Positions 30,702 through 34,088 of a stretch of 34,088 nucleotides of DNA are shown piece by piece; positions within the stretch are counted from its first letter, which is position 1; every line of letters begins with the position of its first letter. The stretch spans positions 62,001 through 96,088 of the forward strand of contig MRSU01001977.1 in NCBI GenBank assembly GCA_008369845.1, written 5' to 3'. The stretch comes from Trichomonas gallinae (lineage: Eukaryota). The notes under the pieces are model-generated. The model was not told where the DNA came from. It did not search any database and saw nothing but the letters and a program-made list of their open reading frames with translations. The position numbers were made by a program, and so were the translations under genes.

Positions 30702-31617
30702 TGGAGATTTCTTTAACGTACGGACTCACAAAACTCTATTTCTAAACGTGCATCGAATTTTAATTTGGTCATAGACTATTCGACGGATTCATCCTGTTTT
30801 GGTTAATGGTGCTAAATCTAAACAGCAAATTTCAAACACTCGATTTATTTTTGATTTGCTTTGATCATTGAAATGAATGAATAAGCATATGAGGACATTA
30901 ACCATTATACGGGTCTAAACGGACATGATCCCCATTTTTTTTTTTTTTGTCTTTTTGTTTACAATTTGACGTGTAATTTTTTTAAAATATGACATGCAAT
31001 AATTTACGTGACAAAATCCATTTTTACCTGCACATCTTTTTGAGCAATTTTATCAATATCGATGAATTTGGTTAGTCCAATTTCGAATATCAAGATTTGT
31101 GAATTTTACACCCGTTTTTATGCATGAAAACCCCTTTGTTATGAATGAAAAGATATAATGCTTGAGCTCGAGTGAGAAACAAAGATGTAAAATTTAATGT
31201 CGAATATTCTACAGGAAAATGAAATAAATAAGATTTAGTTTCTCTCATGTTATTAGAGTGCATAGTATACTATCATGTTTACCTACTATGTTAGTTCAAT
31301 TCTAATCATTTACGATAGTAGACCAAGAACATTAACCTGGTGGATTTTTGACAAAGAAGAGATTTTGGTGTACGCACCTTATGGAACACATAGCAACATA
31401 GTTATTATGTGTAATGTTATAACTTTAATAAAGTTTTGCATGTCAAAGAGTCACTTTTGCATAAGGATTTTTCGTACGCAACATTTTAATGGATTTAAAT
31501 ATATGAAATCAAATAACAATAGGCTGTGAAATGGTATCCCAGAATATATCAGGGCATAAACGAACAAAATTGAATAAAAAAATAATTTGTGTATTTTGGA
31601 GAGAATAAGAATATTAT

Positions 31618-32880
31618 TTAATCTTTTATTAAAAGATACTCTAAGAGCCAACCAAACAAGAAAACCCATATATAAAGAATCAAACCATGAACAAGCGGCC
31701 TCCAACCGGAAGTCTTAAGGAGCTGTTTGAGATCTGTAGTGATACCTACACAGAACATTGATGTTGAAAGAGCAATAATAATGATGTGATTCAAGATTTT
31801 GTGAGCTTTTTCACTGATATTAGTGTAGCTATTGATAATTGTTGTAATAATAAAGATGAAAGCGAACCATGGAATTGAAACTTTGTTGAAGAAGTCTAAA
31901 ACTTTGTAAGAGCATGTATTTTGTTCTTCATTATCAATGTTGTCTGCATTCATGGTTCTGTTGACGTATGGAAGTACAAAGGCCATAATAATCAAGAGGA
32001 AAGGGAGAAGAAGGACTTTAAACATCTTAACGATCATGGCGAATTTTGAAACTGTCTCAGAACAGCTCAAACCAACGGAAACTGTATGTGCAATCTCTTT
32101 GATAGATATACCAGCAGCAATTCCGAAGTCTTTCTCGTTGTGGAACAATTTTTCGTATTGTGTGTAAAGAACTGGATAGACAACGATGTCAATGAATCCT
32201 CCAACGATGACTAATATGCATCCAAGGGAGATATCTTCACTAGATGAGTTGATAATACCAGCAGAAGACATAATAGCAGCAATGCCGCAGATGCAGAAGC
32301 CGCAAGATTGCAATTCAGCTTGTTCCTTGCGCATCCTTAAGATCACAATGCCGAAAAGTGAGCCAAGCATGAACGTAAGAGCGACCATGAAAATGGCTGC
32401 GCATGCGCCACCCCAGCCAACTGTTGCAATGTCGTTAAGCTTGGTCCTGAAGCCGTAAAGAATGACAGCGAGCCTCATAAACATCGCTTTGCTGAAGCCT
32501 ACACCTGGTTTGCAGAAATCTGAGTGGACCCAGCGCTTAACAATTGGAATTGCACCAAGAAGGACGCCCGCAATGATCGCGAAAATCGATTGGGATAGCA
32601 TACACTTCTCGTAGTTTGGAATAAAGCCTAAACACCAGAAAGCTACACCGATCAGCAAGAAAATAGGCATAGTCTTCCACACGTTTGGGTCGATGAACTG
32701 ATACCAGTAAGCTTTTGTCATCTCGCCATACGTTTTCAGTCTCTTTGGCTGTTTTGGCTGCTCAGCATCTTTCTTTTCCTGCTTCTTTTCATCATCAGTC
32801 TTATTGTCTAAATCAGAGGCGCTGTTCTCCTCCTTTTTAATATCATCAAGTTTAACTTCTTCCTTTTTCTTGGCCGACAT
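31618..32880 (-). CDS. YeiH/UPF0324 (putative sulfate exporter, PSE family) multi-pass membrane protein
   Basis: About 10 hydrophobic segments with PGVGFSKAMFMRLAVILYGFR, ICGIAAI, FGIAAGISIKEIAHTV, AMIVKMFKVLLLP, IPWFAFIF and MFCVGITT, matching the order of YeiH-family motifs (LRLGIILYGFRL, ICGAAAV, HEVAQVV, KM.RV..L.P, IPWF, M.ALGL.T). Confidence 0.8.
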   Translation of the reverse strand: MSAKKKEEVKLDDIKKEENSASDLDNKTDDEKKQEKKDAEQPKQPKRLKTYGEMTKAYWYQFIDPNVWKTMPIFLLIGVAFWCLGFIPNYEKCMLSQSIFAIIAGVLLGAIPIVKRWVHSDFCKPGVGFSKAMFMRLAVILYGFRTKLNDIATVGWGGACAAIFMVALTFMLGSLFGIVILRMRKEQAELQSCGFCICGIAAIMSSAGIINSSSEDISLGCILVIVGGFIDIVVYPVLYTQYEKLFHNEKDFGIAAGISIKEIAHTVSVGLSCSETVSKFAMIVKMFKVLLLPFLLIIMAFVLPYVNRTMNADNIDNEEQNTCSYKVLDFFNKVSIPWFAFIFIITTIINSYTNISEKAHKILNHIIIIALSTSMFCVGITTDLKQLLKTSGWRPLVHGLILYIWVFLFGWLLEYLLIKD

Positions 32881-34088
32881 TTGAGAAAAATGAAATTTGT
32901 TTTCAAATTTTCGATTTTTGAGATGTTATGTTTTTTCTTTTTTTCGATCGTTCTTTGACATTTTTGAGCCTATTTTTATCTTTTCTTAATATAATATTAT
33001 ATTTATATTTTTTAAAATTCACAATTTTGAGCCTCTTTTTATTATCATTATATATAATTATAATTCTATCATTTTGAGAAATAATATTTTTTGAATGGTT
33101 TTACGAATTTACATAATTGTTAATTTTCTTATTTAATTTTAAGCCATTTAGTTTTATCTATTATTGTAATTAAGGAGAATTTTTTTACTTTTTCACAACT
33201 TTTTGATCTTTTAATATAAAACTACATAACAATAAATATATGGTTAAAAATGGTTTAGTTTTGAATTTTTCACTTTTCAATTTTCAGATACAAAAATATT
33301 TGAAAAACGAAATACAGCGGAATCGCGCTGCCAATGTCTGAGTAAAGCGGTACGTTGAGTATTTTATTTTTTCGCTCAAAAAAGTTCTGAATAGGCAAAA
33401 AAATTCACTGAGATTCCTCAAATCAGATTTTCAATCAATTATTTTATGATCGAAATTCCATCGTTTAAATCCTTAGTATGGCATCACGCAGTTCTCCAAT
33501 AAAATTATTGGTTTGAATTCCTCAGAATTAACTTTTTTAACTTGGTCACAACATTTTTCGTTAACCTACACACAGTTTCACTAATATAATATAAATATAC
33601 TCATTATAAATATCTCTTTCACGTGGAGAAAAAAGAAAAAAGATGTTATTTTTGCATGATATTAAATATCATTTCTCGTTTTGATTAAGTTTTGAAGGAT
33701 GTGAAAGATAATAATGCAACTTTATCGTATATACGATATTATAGCAATTGGCATTTAGAATAATTCACTCAATAATGAAATATTGAATCATCATCTGGGA
33801 TAATTGACAGATAAAAGTAGATTTCAATAATATTTTTGCAGTTGATTATAAATCCAAGCTTAATTCTTGAATATCAAATAAATGTCGGCGAAATTTTTTT
33901 ATGATTTGTAGTTGTTTTAATGTTTTCCAAATTAATACCCTCTTTTTTATTCGACTGTTTTCAAAGAATCTAGTCATAATTTATTTACTTCGGTTTTCGA
34001 TATATATCAGACAACTTGCCAAAAGTAAAACAATTTTGGTATAAGACTCTTATTTCGGAAAATTAATAAGAAGATTGGGAAAAGAATT

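Noticed and set aside
33350..33575. Intron-like pair: GTACGT (33350) and ACCTACACACAG (33564-33575), resembling the trichomonad 5' splice site and the ACTAACACACAG 3' motif
   Set aside because: Two mismatches destroy the ACTAAC branch site, and no flanking exonic ORF exists (upstream ATG TCT GAG TAA; downstream AT-rich).
33300..34088. Possible ncRNA or pseudogene in the last 800 bp (small CAGCG/CGCTG hairpin at 33315-33330; short minus-strand frames)
   Set aside because: The stem is only 5 bp, there are no tRNA or snoRNA boxes, and I found no consistent reading frame; it cannot be supported without a search.

Overview
This is gene-dense, apparently intron-free eukaryotic DNA with very AT-rich spacers. 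Gene families, codon usage and promoter motifs point to a trichomonad such as Trichomonas vaginalis (an inference, not proven). It holds the 3' end of a VPS9-like gene plus 13 complete CDSs: STT3, CAF1, a giant C19 deubiquitinase, two divergent importin-beta-like HEAT proteins, a probable pseudokinase, GSK3, an ankyrin protein, an LRR/coiled-coil protein, a hypothetical protein, a CIP2A-like protein, a PPP phosphatase and a bacterial-type YeiH/UPF0324 membrane protein. I found no tRNA, rRNA, CRISPR array or intact transposon. The best leads are: (i) a probable CIP2A homologue directly downstream of a PPP phosphatase gene; (ii) a small coding-like frame at 10151-10410 broken by TGA and TAG, with a possible 26-nt intron; (iii) a lateral-transfer candidate, YeiH; (iv) two intergenic tandem arrays between divergent genes (89-bp x4, and ~200-bp x2.5 rich in AAAAGTGAC); and (v) several decayed gene relics. 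All homology calls come from motif recognition and remembered sequences, not from searches.
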